In this document: in pieces, positions 62,980-64,000 of the stretch | Layout of the letters: the number at the start of each line of letters is the position of its first letter | How positions within the stretch are numbered: the stretch's first letter is position 1 | NCBI RefSeq assembly: GCF_018350175.1 | Contig: NC_058368.1 | Location: forward strand, 22,384,001 to 22,448,000 | DNA from: Felis catus | Taxonomy: Eukaryota | Length of the DNA: 64,000 nt | Direction: 5' to 3' | The notes under the pieces: model-generated | Seen by the model: the letters and a program-made list of their open reading frames with translations, nothing else | Told to the model about the DNA's origin: nothing | Database searches by the model: none | Made by a program: the position numbers and the translations under genes

Positions 62980-63199
62980 TTTTTTAAATTTTTTTTAACG
63001 CTTATTTATTTTTGAGACAGAGAGAGACAGAGCATGAATGGGGGAGGGTCAGAGAAAGAGGGAGACACAGAATCCGAAGCAGGCTCCAGGCTCCGAGCTG
63101 TCAGCACAGAGCCCGACGTGGGGCTCGAACTCATGGACCGTGAGATCATGACCTGAGCCGAAGTCGGACGCTTAACTGACTGAGCCACCCAGGCGCCCC
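62980..63199 (-). mobile_element. CanSINE (SINEC_Fc-like, young)
   Basis: Full element, CpG-rich; flanks TTTCATGAT. Confidence 0.95.
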
Positions 63200-63211
63200 T
63201 TTCATGATATG

Positions 63212-63408
63212 TTTTATGTTTATTTGAGAAAGAGAGAGAGAGAAAACATAAGTGGGGGAGGGGCAGAGAGAGAGGGGGGAACAAAGGATCCAAAGTGGGC
63301 TCTGCACTGACAGCAGAGAGCCCGATGTGGGGCTCGAACTTGAAAACAACAAGATCATGACCTGAGCCAAAGTCGGACGCTTAACCAACTGAGCCACCCA
63401 GGTGCCTC
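63212..63408 (-). mobile_element. CanSINE
   Basis: Full element; flanks CATGATAT(G/T)TTT. Confidence 0.93.
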
Positions 63409-63627
63409 CATGATATTTTTTAAGTGAAAGAAAATGTCTTACAAAATGACAAATAAAGTGTGTGATCCCTGTTTTATTGCAGTGTATCTCATTATGTTGA
63501 GTGATTATAGATTTTTATTTCCTTTTTTTGACTTACTGTATATTATTTTTTCTTAAATGAGTGTATTATTTTTATTAAAACTTTTAAAATACGAAATAAA
63601 GGTGGAATACACACATACACACATATA

Positions 63628-63629
<2 letters not shown>

Positions 63630-63661
<32 letters not shown>
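63630..63661. repeat. (AC)16 microsatellite
   Basis: Directly visible. Confidence 0.97.
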
Positions 63662-63662
<1 letters not shown>

Positions 63663-63664
63663 AA

Positions 63665-64000
63665 TATAGGCTTCTCTAACAAATAAAACTCCAAAATGTA
63701 GCAACATAGAGAATTCAAAGTTCAGTTGTTGCTCACGGAATAACTCAGAATGTAGACTTCAGGTTGGCTGGTGGGGGCAGTCATTCAGGGCCTCATGCTA
63801 ACAGAGGCTCTGCCATACTGAACAAGTGACTTCCAAGTCACCATAGTCCTCTCCCTCCCCATAAGTAGCAATGAGGAAAGGACATGGAGGAGTGTGCAAG
63901 GCAGGAGTTTTAGGGCCAGGTTTGGAAATGTCACACATGCTACTCACATTCCATTGTCACATTCTACTCACATTTCATTTTCATATTCTACTCACATTCC
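63665..64000. mobile_element. Old MaLR (MLT1K/L-like) LTR running off the window end
   Basis: GTCATTCAGGG...GGCTCTGCCAT...GGCCAGGTTTGGAAATGTCACAC...CTCACATTCCATTG. Confidence 0.55.
63940..64000. repeat. 24-bp tandem repeat (at least 2.5 units)
   Basis: CTACTCACATTCCATTGTCACATT / CTACTCACATTTCATTTTCATATT / CTACTCACATTCC. Confidence 0.9.

Noticed and set aside
29555..63397. Recurrent similar ORFs (e.g. ...RQRETEHERGRGRERGRHRIGNRLQALS..., ...SSSPTSGSVLTARSLEPASDSVSPS...) suggesting a gene family
   Set aside because: All are translations of CanSINE copies.
1..64000. Apparent minus-strand bias of SINEs (about 18 minus versus 10 plus), and tRNA-like A/B boxes
   Set aside because: The sample is too small and inflated by tandem stacks; the A/B boxes belong to SINE heads, not tRNA genes.

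Overview
Mammalian (felid, probably Felis-lineage) genomic DNA, judged from about 28 tRNA-derived CanSINE/SINEC_Fc copies and carnivore L1 3' ends. The only gene-associated structure is a CpG-island promoter at ~3.7-5.35 kb. It carries a minus-strand non-coding first exon (donor AG|GTGAGA at 4389/4388) that I tentatively recognise from memory as FNDC3A exon 1. On that reading bases 1-4388 are intron 1 and the remaining ~59 kb is upstream intergenic DNA. The intergenic part is a mosaic of SINEs (many with clear TSDs), old L1/L2/MIR, ERVL/MaLR solo LTRs and hAT MITEs, plus a full-length young 7SK retrocopy with poly(A) and TSD (46389-46717, minus). No protein-coding exon is supported; the ORF track is explained by repeats or GC-rich chance. 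The most unusual non-catalogue signals are a nested palindromic 'cloverleaf' insertion at 27510-27594, a ~100-bp dispersed duplication with a 52-bp identical core and a covarying palindrome (28600-29355), a strong-context uORF in exon 1, and two MEIS/PBX-HOX motif clusters that look like distal enhancers. I see no convincing evidence of a new multi-gene system. Repeat subfamily names and boundaries of old elements are recognised by eye and approximate.
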